Virus record (IMG/VR): IMGVR_UViG_3300027734_000045
Coordinates: 32,001-96,000 of that record
Strand: one strand, 5' to 3'
DNA: 64,000 bases
Source of the DNA: a virus
Shown: piece after piece, positions 36,544-46,097 of the stretch
Numbering within the stretch: position 1 is the stretch's first letter
How the letters are laid out: the number at the start of each line of letters is the position of its first letter
The notes under the pieces: model-generated
The model's input: only the letters and a program-made list of their open reading frames with translations
Told to the model about the DNA's origin: nothing
The model's database searches: none
Made by a program: the position numbers and the translations under genes

Positions 36544-39500
36544 ATGGCAAAAATAGCAGGGTACAATTCTTCTCTAGTTCTTTTGGTTGAAGGCGAGAAC
36601 GCAGTCGTCGTTGACACCAGCAAAAACCTTGTGGTGGACTCTGGAACTAAGGAGGCTCTAGCCTCAAAGAAAAATTGGAAAAAGAGCAAGAGCTGCGAGG
36701 TTACTCCAGCGATGCTAGAGATAGCAGACGCAGCACTTTCGTCTCTAGACGTTTCGGTTATCACCGCGGCTGCTGGTAGACTGTACACTGTCCCTAGCTC
36801 AGTGCAGGCAGAGGCAAAGAAGGCGCTTGAGTGGCGCAAGGAGCACAAGCGCGGCGGAACTCCAGTCGGTCTAAGCACCGCGCGCACTCTTGCCAAAGGC
36901 GGTCAAATTGGACTTCAAAAGGTTCGTCACATCGCGAAGTACTTCCCTCGTCACGAGGTAGACAAAAAGGCTAAGGGCTACGAACGCGGTGAAGACGGAT
37001 TCCCGTCTAATGGCCGCATTGCCTGGGCTCTCTGGGGTGGAGACGCCGGTTGGCGCTGGGCAAAAAACATCGTTGAGCGTGAGAACAAGAAGGCTCTTAC
37101 CTCTGATGGATACGCTCTTCCGGGATACTCAATAGACGACGACACCTACGCTATTAGCGAGCCTGGCTACGGAGCAGATTTAAACGCATTTGGAGACGCG
37201 CACGCGTTAGACGATGGCGGTCCTGAGTTCATGGCTCGTGTTCGTATGGATGGCTCCGGCATGGACCGTCTATACAAGGTCGACGTCGATGGGCGTGTCT
37301 ACTTCTGGGATGACGGAGGCTGGGACGACCTAGGCTCTATCGATGGAGACATTTACTTCTACGACAAGTCTCTTGATGACCCGTATGACGACTGTGATAA
37401 GTCTCACTTCATAATCGACCCTGACTCGGCGCTAATTATTTCTGCGCTTCTTCAACAGGACCCGTACACCAACGTGTCGGTTGATGACATCGACTCACAT
37501 GAGGCCTCTCTTGCTAGAAACGCCATCGCCGAAGAAGACTGGGGCATGGTTGACCGAGTTGCGCGGGCGAGCGACGAAGACCCTTACTATCCGATGATGG
37601 CAGCCGCGGCTATGCCGGTAGACAAAGAAGCAGAAAAAGAGGAAGCTCCTGCTCCTGCCGTAGACACTAAGGGAATCTTAGGAGAGCCACATAAGGAGGA
37701 CAACGCTCCTGCCGCTAAAATCGACAGTGAACTTCCTGCTCTTACCGCAAAAGACCTTGGCCTAATTCTAAACGACTGGCCTGGTTGGGTTATGGACCAG
37801 AGAAAGACCACGACTGAGCAAGGACTAGTTGCACAGCGCACGACTACCTCCGATGACTACTCAGTCAGCGATTCAGTAGACACGGACAAATCCTATGAGC
37901 ACCCTCTACTAAAGCCTTGGCTAGACAAAAAGGCCGCTGGCATCTCAACAAAGTCTACTGATAACCCGGCGCTACTGTCTGCCGCTGAGCCAGTCTCAGC
38001 TAAGCCTACAACAGTAAAGGACATAGAAGAGGCTGCCAAGGAGACAAAACCTGGCTCCGAGGTCACTCCTGGCAAAACAGACGTGCAACCTATGTACCTA
38101 GCATTTGTTTCTCCTGATGACCCTCACGCGGTGTTTGACCTTATTGCACTTGTTCCAGCGAGCTCAACCTCTAACCAGCCGATGACATACCGTCGTCAGG
38201 ATAAGAAATGGGTGCGCTATCCAAGTGCTCTGCAGGACCTAAAGTCAGCTACTCCTCCGCCAGTCGTGCCTCTTGATAAGGAAGCACTGGACGCTACTCT
38301 AAAGCAGATTGACGGCATGTACGAAGCACTAAACGCGTCAGTGTTTTCAGTTGACCACCAGCTGATGGTGCTTTGGGGTCCAAGCGCTGTACGCATGGAA
38401 GACGCGCTGGTCGCCGCAGGTGGAGTAGACAAGAACCGCGGCAACGCGGAAAGACTCCGCAGGTACTGGTCTCACGGCAAGGGAGCAGCTAAGATTCGCT
38501 GGGGCACAAAGGGTGACTGGTCTCGCTGTGTTCGTCATCTGTCTAAGTTCCTTGGAGTTAGAGCTAAGGGATACTGCCAGTTGCGCCACAAGGAAGCAAC
38601 CGGCATGTACACCGCTACTCACGCCAAACTCGACCGCGCAAAGCATAACTCAAATTCAGAGTTTATTATGGAAGAGGTCTACGCTAAGAACACGGGAGTT
38701 CCGACTGCTGTGACTGAGCAGGACATGGCTAAGAAGTTAACCGAAATCATGGTTGAGCACGACGACGTGTACGACCACCACTGGAAGCCTGAGCCACAGA
38801 TTGTCGATGACCTAAAGAGGCTAAATCTTCTAGACGACGAAGAGTTCGAAGCGATAGTTGCGGCTGGAGGTTTTGACAGAAACCGCGGAAACGCAGAAGA
38901 GCTTCGCCGTTATTGGACTGTAGGCAAGGGCGCTAAAAAGATTCGCTGGGGAACCGGTGGAGATTGGACTAGATGTGTTAGGCAGCTGTCTAAGTACCTA
39001 GGCCCACGCGCTAAGGGATACTGTCAACTTCGTCACAAGGAAGTGACTGGTGAATACACCGGTGACCGAGCTCACATGGAAAAGTATGGCCATCTAAAGA
39101 AAAAGACCTGGCGCGACCGTCTAAAGCTATTTAGCATCGAGGAAAAGGTTATTGAACTTGCCGAGCGAGACGCACTGGCAGCAGGCCTACGAGAGAGAAT
39201 GGGTCTCACTGCTTCAGCGGTAGAGACAGGCGCGGGTTCGGCGTTTAGAATTCCATTGGCAATCCCAGAGGACGTCGAGTCTGGTGACGGCCGTCTATTC
39301 AAGAAGGACTCAATTACTGTTCGCGAGTTGCCTATCCCGCTTCTATGGCAGCTAAAGACAGGAGAGGGCCACAGTGGCTCTGTTGTAGTTGGTCGCGTCG
39401 ACCGTCTTGAAAGAGTGGAAAACGGTATCGGAAATGCCTATGGTGTTTTTGATGACGGCAAGCATGGCAAAGAGGCTGAACGCCTTGTTCGTGCTGGCTT

Positions 39501-40572
39501 CCTTCGTGGAGTGTCAGCGGACATGGACCAGTTTGAGGCAAAACAAACTAAAAGCAAGAAAAAAGATGCTGCTGAGGACGACGACATCTCCGCTGAGAAA
39601 ATCGTTATAAATAAGGCCCGTGTCATGGCCATTACAATAGTACCTAAGCCAGCATTTCAGGAATGCAAAATTCTTATCGACTCCGATGAGCTAGAAAATC
39701 CCCAGGAGGAAATTATGATTCTAAACGATGGAATCTATGTCGACGATGTCGACGCAAGTGACGCAGCTGCACTGGTTGCCTGTGGAGCAGTTGCTGGATC
39801 GATTCCAGTAGTGCCACCGGCTAACTGGTTTGTAAACCCTAAGCTGTCTAAGCCGACTCCGCTAACTGTCGACGACAGTGGTAGAGTATTTGGTCACATT
39901 GCCGCTTGGCACGTTGACCACATCGGCTTGACCGCGGGTACTAAGCCACCGCGCAGCAGAAGCAACTACGCGTACTTCCACTCAGGAGTTGTCCGTGCCG
40001 ATAATGGCAAGGACGTGCCTGTTGGCCAGTTGACACTCGCTGGTGGACACGCATCTATCGAGGCAAGTGCCTACGACGCAGTCAAGCACTATGATGACAC
40101 AGCATCTGCCGTTGCAGACGTGCACGCTGGAGAAGACGAGTTTGGAATCTGGGTTGCAGGAGCTCTACGTCCTAGCGCGCAGCCGGAGCAAATTCGTGCA
40201 CTTCGTGCTTCCGCTCCTTCAGGTGACTGGAGACCAATCAAGGGCTCACTTGAGCTTGTTGCAGTGTGTCAGGTAAACGTTCCTGGATTCCCAATTGCAC
40301 GAGCACGCGTTGCCTCAGGTCAGGTTATGGCCTTGGTTGCAGCTGGTGCAGCGGTTCTTGCTAAACTAAAGCAGGACCCAATGACAGAACTGGCCTCCAG
40401 AGTACGTGAACTCGAGCAGTTTACTGGCAAGGAGCTTGCAACCAACGCGGCCAGTGCCAAGGCAAGATTCGCGTCTATCGTTGACGAGATGCCAAGCAAG
40501 AAGCCTGTGACTGCAAGCGTGGACTCCATGAGAGCCAAGATTGCAGCCGCCCAGGAGGCCCTGGGAAAATAG
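36544..40572 (+). CDS. Capsid maturation protease, multidomain
   Basis: C-terminal ESGDGR...VVGRVD...GVSADMD...PAFQEC...GHIAAW...SGDWR...VNVPGFP as in actinophage prohead proteases; sits before the capsid genes; duplicated LRRYW...KIRWGT module. Confidence 0.75.
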   Translation: MAKIAGYNSSLVLLVEGENAVVVDTSKNLVVDSGTKEALASKKNWKKSKSCEVTPAMLEIADAALSSLDVSVITAAAGRLYTVPSSVQAEAKKALEWRKEHKRGGTPVGLSTARTLAKGGQIGLQKVRHIAKYFPRHEVDKKAKGYERGEDGFPSNGRIAWALWGGDAGWRWAKNIVERENKKALTSDGYALPGYSIDDDTYAISEPGYGADLNAFGDAHALDDGGPEFMARVRMDGSGMDRLYKVDVDGRVYFWDDGGWDDLGSIDGDIYFYDKSLDDPYDDCDKSHFIIDPDSALIISALLQQDPYTNVSVDDIDSHEASLARNAIAEEDWGMVDRVARASDEDPYYPMMAAAAMPVDKEAEKEEAPAPAVDTKGILGEPHKEDNAPAAKIDSELPALTAKDLGLILNDWPGWVMDQRKTTTEQGLVAQRTTTSDDYSVSDSVDTDKSYEHPLLKPWLDKKAAGISTKSTDNPALLSAAEPVSAKPTTVKDIEEAAKETKPGSEVTPGKTDVQPMYLAFVSPDDPHAVFDLIALVPASSTSNQPMTYRRQDKKWVRYPSALQDLKSATPPPVVPLDKEALDATLKQIDGMYEALNASVFSVDHQLMVLWGPSAVRMEDALVAAGGVDKNRGNAERLRRYWSHGKGAAKIRWGTKGDWSRCVRHLSKFLGVRAKGYCQLRHKEATGMYTATHAKLDRAKHNSNSEFIMEEVYAKNTGVPTAVTEQDMAKKLTEIMVEHDDVYDHHWKPEPQIVDDLKRLNLLDDEEFEAIVAAGGFDRNRGNAEELRRYWTVGKGAKKIRWGTGGDWTRCVRQLSKYLGPRAKGYCQLRHKEVTGEYTGDRAHMEKYGHLKKKTWRDRLKLFSIEEKVIELAERDALAAGLRERMGLTASAVETGAGSAFRIPLAIPEDVESGDGRLFKKDSITVRELPIPLLWQLKTGEGHSGSVVVGRVDRLERVENGIGNAYGVFDDGKHGKEAERLVRAGFLRGVSADMDQFEAKQTKSKKKDAAEDDDISAEKIVINKARVMAITIVPKPAFQECKILIDSDELENPQEEIMILNDGIYVDDVDASDAAALVACGAVAGSIPVVPPANWFVNPKLSKPTPLTVDDSGRVFGHIAAWHVDHIGLTAGTKPPRSRSNYAYFHSGVVRADNGKDVPVGQLTLAGGHASIEASAYDAVKHYDDTASAVADVHAGEDEFGIWVAGALRPSAQPEQIRALRASAPSGDWRPIKGSLELVAVCQVNVPGFPIARARVASGQVMALVAAGAAVLAKLKQDPMTELASRVRELEQFTGKELATNAASAKARFASIVDEMPSKKPVTASVDSMRAKIAAAQEALGK
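40563..40569 (+). other. Putative -1 frameshift slippery site G GGA AAA
   Basis: Correctly phased X XXY YYZ heptamer immediately before TAG; -1 frame open to 41126. Confidence 0.75.
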
Positions 40573-41126
40573 TTGCGGTTGAGGCCAGCGCAGCTGGACT
40601 TATCAACCAAGAAGGCGATAAGTACAATGCAGACACTCAACCGCGGGACATCAAGGGAAAGTTTAGAACAGTGCTAGCACGTCTAAAGCAAGACCTAGGT
40701 GTCGCCGGCCTTGACGCGGCTGTTAAAAAAATTGCCGAGGCAGAAAACATAAATAACGCCGGCAACTACGTAGAGGCTGCGGCTCGTGCAAACGACGTCA
40801 TAAGTCTCGTCGACCGTGTTCATAGTGGAGCCCTAACCGGTCCGTCACTAGAAAACATTAGAGAGTCAGCTGGTGCTCTTGGAGCTGCGATGGCCAACCT
40901 GCCATTGCCGTTTGGTCAAGAGAACCAAAAGCTGGCATTCAGCGATCTTCCTCCTTCACTGAAGAATCTTGTGAAAAGCATGATTCCAAGGGTAGAAGCG
41001 AGGATAGGAGATAAAGACGCGCGAAGTGCAATCAAGCCTTTGCAAGACTTTATGTCAGGCGGAGCACTGTACAGTCAGAGCCAATTATCGGCCGAGATGA
41101 ACACTTTACTCCGGTTGCTTACTTAG
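40569..41126 (+). CDS. -1 frame extension of the protease (IVAVEASAAG...QPRDIKGKFRTVLARLK...); includes track ORF 40671-41126
   Basis: Frame open from the slippery site; no clear SD before GTG 40671. Confidence 0.7.
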   Translation: MVAVEASAAGLINQEGDKYNADTQPRDIKGKFRTVLARLKQDLGVAGLDAAVKKIAEAENINNAGNYVEAAARANDVISLVDRVHSGALTGPSLENIRESAGALGAAMANLPLPFGQENQKLAFSDLPPSLKNLVKSMIPRVEARIGDKDARSAIKPLQDFMSGGALYSQSQLSAEMNTLLRLLT

Positions 41127-41245
41127 AAGCAATATACAATAATGTACTAGGTGGAGCGCCTACATGCAAACGCGTGGAGTCCCTTTACCTTGAACTAACA
41201 AGTGGTAAGTGAAATACACTTACTCAACTGTCCTTAGGAGGAACA

Positions 41246-43291
41246 GTGGACCAGATTAAGTCACAGGTAGACAACCTGGCTGACCTTAGCGACGAGCAAG
41301 TCGCTGAGCTCCAGGCATCTATCATCAGTGAATTCGAATCGGTCGAGGGTCAGGAACCTACTCCACAGACTGTTGACGCTATGACTTCGCTCGCAGACAT
41401 GCTTGACACCGTCCGCGGTGAGACCAAGCGTCGCGAAGCAGCTACCCAGGAGCTTGCAACGCAAGCCGCCGAGGCTGCTATGCGTGTTAAGGGCGAGGAA
41501 GAGGCACCAGCTGACGCTGAGGCATCCCATGAGGAAGCACCAGAAGAAGTTGGAGAGACTCCTGAAGAGGAGAAGAAGGAAGACGAGATGACTGAAGAGT
41601 CAGCTGTGTATTCTGCCGAAGCCGCTCAAGAAGCATCAACAACTGCTGAAGCCGGAACCGACGAACCTGTCGCCGATGAAGAAGTACCCCCAACCGAAGA
41701 AACACCTAGTGCTCCTCAAGAAGAGCAGAAAGAGCAGGCCCCAGTGACCGCTTCAGCAGAAGAGAGCTTCCAGGCTCCAGCTGACCGCCAGCCTGTAGTC
41801 GAAGTTAAGGAAGCAAAAGTGGCAATCACCGCTGGCGCTGACATTCCTGGCTACACCGCCGGCAGCACCATCGACAACCTAAGCGAAGTAGCTTCAGCTA
41901 TGGAAAAGCGTATCCACTCGCTTCGCCGCGTTAACGGAGGAGACGGAGAGCAGCACATCGTTGCGTCCTTCACCACCGCGTACCCAGAGTCACGCACTCT
42001 AACAACCGACGCAGAGTCAAACTGGACCAAGATTCAGGCAGTCGCGGGACCTGAGGCACTTGTTGCTTCTGGTGGTCACGCTACTCCATTCGAGGTCAAG
42101 TACGACATCTTTGCAATCGGTTCTACCACCATTCGTCCTATTCGCGACTCTCTACCTCGCTTCCAGGCTGACCGTGGCGGTATCCGTTTCATCACTCCAC
42201 CTAGCTTCGCTGGCGCAACATACGACAGCGCAGTTGGTATCTGGACAGCCGGTGTTGACCAATACGGAGCAAACGGACTAACTGCATTGTCACTTAGCGC
42301 GACTGCAATTTCTGGTAGCTCAGGTGCATACGTAATTGGTGTAACTAACAACACTATTCCAGTTGGCGCAAAGGTAACCTTTGGTACTATTGGAACTGCT
42401 ACTACACTAAGTAACATCACAGCTAACGTGACTGCGTCAACAAGCACCACTATTACCATCGACACCACAACTGCTATTTCAGGCACTCCGTCTTCCGGTA
42501 CCGTGTCTCCTGTAACAGTGAAGGGCTCATACACTGCATCTGCAGCTTCTGAAAACACCGTTGCAACTGACGCTGTAACACTACAGCTACAGTTCGGTAA
42601 CTTGATGTCTCGTGCTTACCCAGAGTTGATTGCTCGTCACAACGAACTTGCTCTAGTACAGCACGCTCGTGAAGCTGAGGACAACCTGTTGGCTAAGATC
42701 AACGCGGGTTCTACTGCAGTCACCACGCAGACCAACCTTGGTTTTGCTCGTGACTTCCTAGTTCAGGTGCGTCGTGCAGCTATGGCTTACCGTTCACGTC
42801 ACCGTATCGATCCTCAGACTCGTCTGAAGGCAATCCTTCCGGTGTGGGTTTACGAGGCAATGGCAGCTGACCTAACCTTGGCAATGCCAGGCGACGGCAC
42901 TCTAGCTGTGTCAAAGTCAGAGATCGATGGTTTCCTATCGGCTCTAAACGTTGACGTTGTCACTCACCTAGACGACAGCTCAAACAACGGTGTATTCGGT
43001 ACCCAAAGCGCCGGTGTACTGCTCGAGTTCCCGGACACCTTCCGTTGGTTCTTGTTCGCTGAAGGAACATTCTTGTTCCTAGACGGCGGAACTCTAGACC
43101 TAGGTATCATCCGTGACAGCTCTCTAGTTGGCACAAACGACTACAAGATGTTCATTGAAACATTCGAGAACGTTGCAAAGGTTGGTATCGAGTCTCTAGC
43201 GATTACCTCAACCATCAACGTATCTGGTGCAGCTGCGGCTCTTGTAACTGCAACATCAACAACATCTGCTGCTACATCTAACGACCTGTAA
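41246..43291 (+). CDS. Major capsid protein (hexamer-type) with N-terminal acidic scaffold-like region
   Basis: SD AGGAGG; ALVASGG...RGGIRF...LFLDGGTLDLGIIRDS.L..TNDY..F.ETFE resembles cluster-B-like actinophage capsid. Confidence 0.85.
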   Translation: MDQIKSQVDNLADLSDEQVAELQASIISEFESVEGQEPTPQTVDAMTSLADMLDTVRGETKRREAATQELATQAAEAAMRVKGEEEAPADAEASHEEAPEEVGETPEEEKKEDEMTEESAVYSAEAAQEASTTAEAGTDEPVADEEVPPTEETPSAPQEEQKEQAPVTASAEESFQAPADRQPVVEVKEAKVAITAGADIPGYTAGSTIDNLSEVASAMEKRIHSLRRVNGGDGEQHIVASFTTAYPESRTLTTDAESNWTKIQAVAGPEALVASGGHATPFEVKYDIFAIGSTTIRPIRDSLPRFQADRGGIRFITPPSFAGATYDSAVGIWTAGVDQYGANGLTALSLSATAISGSSGAYVIGVTNNTIPVGAKVTFGTIGTATTLSNITANVTASTSTTITIDTTTAISGTPSSGTVSPVTVKGSYTASAASENTVATDAVTLQLQFGNLMSRAYPELIARHNELALVQHAREAEDNLLAKINAGSTAVTTQTNLGFARDFLVQVRRAAMAYRSRHRIDPQTRLKAILPVWVYEAMAADLTLAMPGDGTLAVSKSEIDGFLSALNVDVVTHLDDSSNNGVFGTQSAGVLLEFPDTFRWFLFAEGTFLFLDGGTLDLGIIRDSSLVGTNDYKMFIETFENVAKVGIESLAITSTINVSGAAAALVTATSTTSAATSNDL

Positions 43292-43305
43292 AAAGCAACG
43301 TCTTT

Positions 43306-43339
43306 TTGCTGGGGTGGTCTTTTATGGCCACCCCAGCAA
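43306..43339 (+). terminator. Strong hairpin after major capsid gene (no U tract)
   Basis: TTGCTGGGGTGGTC-TTTTAT-GGCCACCCCAGCAA. Confidence 0.65.
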
Positions 43340-43372
43340 TAAGAGTAAGATTTTAAATTAAGGATTTGAAAA

Positions 43373-44464
43373 ATGGCTTTTCCAAAGAATGGCGTAGTAG
43401 AGGCACCAAAGATTATGCCCTCCGCTTTTGGCCTACTTGCAGTAGTCAAGCCTGAGAATTCTGCAGACGAAGACATGTGGATTCGTGGGTTTTCGCAGGA
43501 ATACGAAACTGAACTCTACGCAGCAAAAAACTGGGATGACACCGACACTACTAGTTCTGTAGTTGTAGCTGCAGGTGTCCCTAATTATTTCACTAAAATT
43601 GATCCCTTCTTTGTTGAAGTAGAAGAGCTTCGCTCAGGCTTAGGATTTCTAGGTCTTGACCGCATCGAACGTCTAAAGCGTCAACTTGAGGGTGTCACTC
43701 AAGACGCTATGGAGCAAGAACTTTGGGACGGTGGTATTCGAATTAGTGAAAGCCACCCTAATCGCGCTTTAGTTTCTTCTGGAGTTACCGTTCTTGATGG
43801 TACGGGACTTTCATCAAAACGTGCTTTGGCAGTGCTAGAGCATGGCATTGGTGCGGCATCAGAATCTGGCGAGCAGGGAGTTATTCACGCAACTCGCGAT
43901 GTAGTTGCTCTTTTTTCAGCCAACTCAAATATGCTTTTTCACGATAAAATTAGTGAACACTTGCAGACCTATGGTGGAACGCCTATAGTTGTCGGCAGTG
44001 GCTACAGTGGTAACGGTCCTCGTATTGCGGTTGCTACAGCAACTATTAGCGGTAGCACTACGCTAACTATCAACACTTCAGGCGACCACTACCTACTTGC
44101 AGGTGACACTGTTCGCTACTCTGTAGTTGGAGCAAACATCAACCAGTCCTCTACTTCTACAGCAGTTGTCACTAAAGTCGACGCTGACACAGTAACAATT
44201 ACTATTGCAAGTGCCACTAACCAAGGTCAAGAACCGGTTACTGGCTTTATTCAGCAGTTGGGAACCAACTCTGCAAAATGGATTTACGGCACAGGAACTG
44301 TTCGCTCATACGTGGGCAAGGTCGATGTCGTAAACGACAACTTAGCTCAAGGCTATGACGTGTCGGGTAACAAAAATGACATGCGTCTCAAAGCAATCCG
44401 CCCAGCGGCTGTTTACTTTGACACATCCATCCACCTAGCTGTTCGAGTCGATCTAACAGCCTAA
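43373..44464 (+). CDS. Second capsid protein (pentamer-type)
   Basis: Follows major capsid gene; FGLL...PFFV...EQELWDG...GVIHA...T.GGTPIVVGSGY...WIYGTG.V pattern. Confidence 0.65.
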   Translation: MAFPKNGVVEAPKIMPSAFGLLAVVKPENSADEDMWIRGFSQEYETELYAAKNWDDTDTTSSVVVAAGVPNYFTKIDPFFVEVEELRSGLGFLGLDRIERLKRQLEGVTQDAMEQELWDGGIRISESHPNRALVSSGVTVLDGTGLSSKRALAVLEHGIGAASESGEQGVIHATRDVVALFSANSNMLFHDKISEHLQTYGGTPIVVGSGYSGNGPRIAVATATISGSTTLTINTSGDHYLLAGDTVRYSVVGANINQSSTSTAVVTKVDADTVTITIASATNQGQEPVTGFIQQLGTNSAKWIYGTGTVRSYVGKVDVVNDNLAQGYDVSGNKNDMRLKAIRPAAVYFDTSIHLAVRVDLTA

Positions 44465-44486
44465 CAAGAAATAAGGAGAAAAGGCT

Positions 44487-46019
44487 ATGCCTACTCAAGA
44501 TTACGCAGCCAGCATCCAGGGTGTGGCCATCCGTGTCACCCGTTTGGACGCCGCTGGTAAGCTACTAAACGGACCAGGCGACAGCTACGTAACGTCAGCT
44601 TTCATGCGTGTTTCGTTCACTCCAGAATACGAAGAAGGCGACGAAATAACCGAGAAGTCGGCTAACGGCGCAGTTTGCGTGACCTATAAGTCTCCAGACA
44701 CACTAAAGCGTATTACCATGGAACTTGCTATCTGTGAACCAGACCCAGAGCTAACTAACCTAGTTGCCGGTGGTCTGCTTCTTCGCAAGAACCTTGGAAC
44801 AACACTCGCTGACGCAGCTACAAAGACCAGCTCAATTGGTTGGGCAGCTCCAGCTGTTGGAGACGACCCTGCTGGCTACGGTGTAGCTATTGAGGCATGG
44901 TCACTTGCAATCAAGGATGGAAAGAGGGCGACAAGCCTTCCTTTCTTCTACTGGGTATTCCCGTTCGTGAAGCTGCGCCAGTCTGGCGACCGCGTAATCG
45001 AAAACGGCATGCTTGCAAGCACCTTCGAAGGTTATGGTCTAGGAAACATCAACTTCAACTGGGGTCCTGATGGCCGTTGGGAATTCCCAACCGCCGCGGA
45101 GCGTCCGTACTCATACGCGCGTTCAGATTGGGCGCCAACTGGTCTAAAGGGTTTCTACACCTGGAACTACATCGGCGAAGGCTCTACTGAGCTCAACACT
45201 CCTGCCTACAACGCAGTTACCTCTCTAGACGGAATCTCAGCTGTAACAGCTACAGCTAAACTAAGCTCTAACGTGGTGACCTTGACTACTACCACACCTC
45301 ACGGTTTCGTAAACGGTCAGACCGTTACAGTTGAGGGTGTTGACCGTTCGTTCGTAATCACTAAGAAGAAGCTAGACACTAACGTGGTTACACTTACCTT
45401 TGGAGCTAAGCACAACTTCATAGTTAACGACACCATCGTGGTTGCCGGAGTTGACAGCACCTTCAACGGCACCTACACCGTTGCAAGCGTGCCTGCCGGT
45501 GAAACTACTCTCACCTACGCGAAGACCGCGGACAACGTCACAGAGGTCAACGTCAGCGGCGGAACTGCTACTCGTACTCTGTTCGATGGTTCATACGCCA
45601 TCAGCGGTGTACCGAGCACGACTTCGTTCACCTACGCACGTACTCACGCGAACGTTGCTGGAATGCTCTTGGCCGCAGGCACAAGCGGAAGCGCCTTTAC
45701 CACTGCTTCAGCTCACGGCTTAGCGGTTGGAGACAGAATCAACGTCACTGAAGCTGTCTCATCTGTTGCAGGTGCGTATAACGTAACTAACGCGCTTATC
45801 ACAGCAGTCGGCAGCACGACAACCTTAACCATCGACACGACACCTTCGGGCACCTGGACATCGGGCGGAACTGTAGCTCTTGTCGTACCTTCTGGTTCAG
45901 TTGTCTCAGTTCCATCGGTCAGCGGAGCTTCAAGCTACAACGTCCCTGGAAACGTCAACTTCAATGCTGACCTAGCAGTTGACCGCGTAATCAGCTCAAA
46001 CGAGGACCCAACCGCGTAA
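44487..46019 (+). CDS. Major tail protein with C-terminal beta-rich appendage domains
   Basis: IRVTRLDA.G...EYEEGDEITEK.ANG..C...ICEPDPEL...YWVFP; C-terminal H.F..G.TV modules. Confidence 0.85.
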   Translation: MPTQDYAASIQGVAIRVTRLDAAGKLLNGPGDSYVTSAFMRVSFTPEYEEGDEITEKSANGAVCVTYKSPDTLKRITMELAICEPDPELTNLVAGGLLLRKNLGTTLADAATKTSSIGWAAPAVGDDPAGYGVAIEAWSLAIKDGKRATSLPFFYWVFPFVKLRQSGDRVIENGMLASTFEGYGLGNINFNWGPDGRWEFPTAAERPYSYARSDWAPTGLKGFYTWNYIGEGSTELNTPAYNAVTSLDGISAVTATAKLSSNVVTLTTTTPHGFVNGQTVTVEGVDRSFVITKKKLDTNVVTLTFGAKHNFIVNDTIVVAGVDSTFNGTYTVASVPAGETTLTYAKTADNVTEVNVSGGTATRTLFDGSYAISGVPSTTSFTYARTHANVAGMLLAAGTSGSAFTTASAHGLAVGDRINVTEAVSSVAGAYNVTNALITAVGSTTTLTIDTTPSGTWTSGGTVALVVPSGSVVSVPSVSGASSYNVPGNVNFNADLAVDRVISSNEDPTA

Positions 46020-46027
46020 GAGTATTA

Positions 46028-46081
46028 AGAAGGGCGGCGCGTCAAGAATAAATGCAATCTAGACGCGTCGCCTTCTTTCTT
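46028..46081 (+). terminator. Intrinsic terminator
   Basis: AGAAGGGCGGCGCGTC...GACGCGTCGCCTTCT followed by TTCTT. Confidence 0.7.
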
Positions 46082-46097
46082 AGCTAAAGGAGACTAA

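Noticed and set aside
40570-40572. TAG readthrough or alternative genetic code
   Set aside because: The zero frame closes again soon, and very long ORFs elsewhere are intact under the standard code with TAG as a normal stop
40655-40661. Second slippery heptamer G GGA AAG in the extension frame
   Set aside because: A further -1 shift meets TAG almost immediately; explained by the KGK codons of the motif
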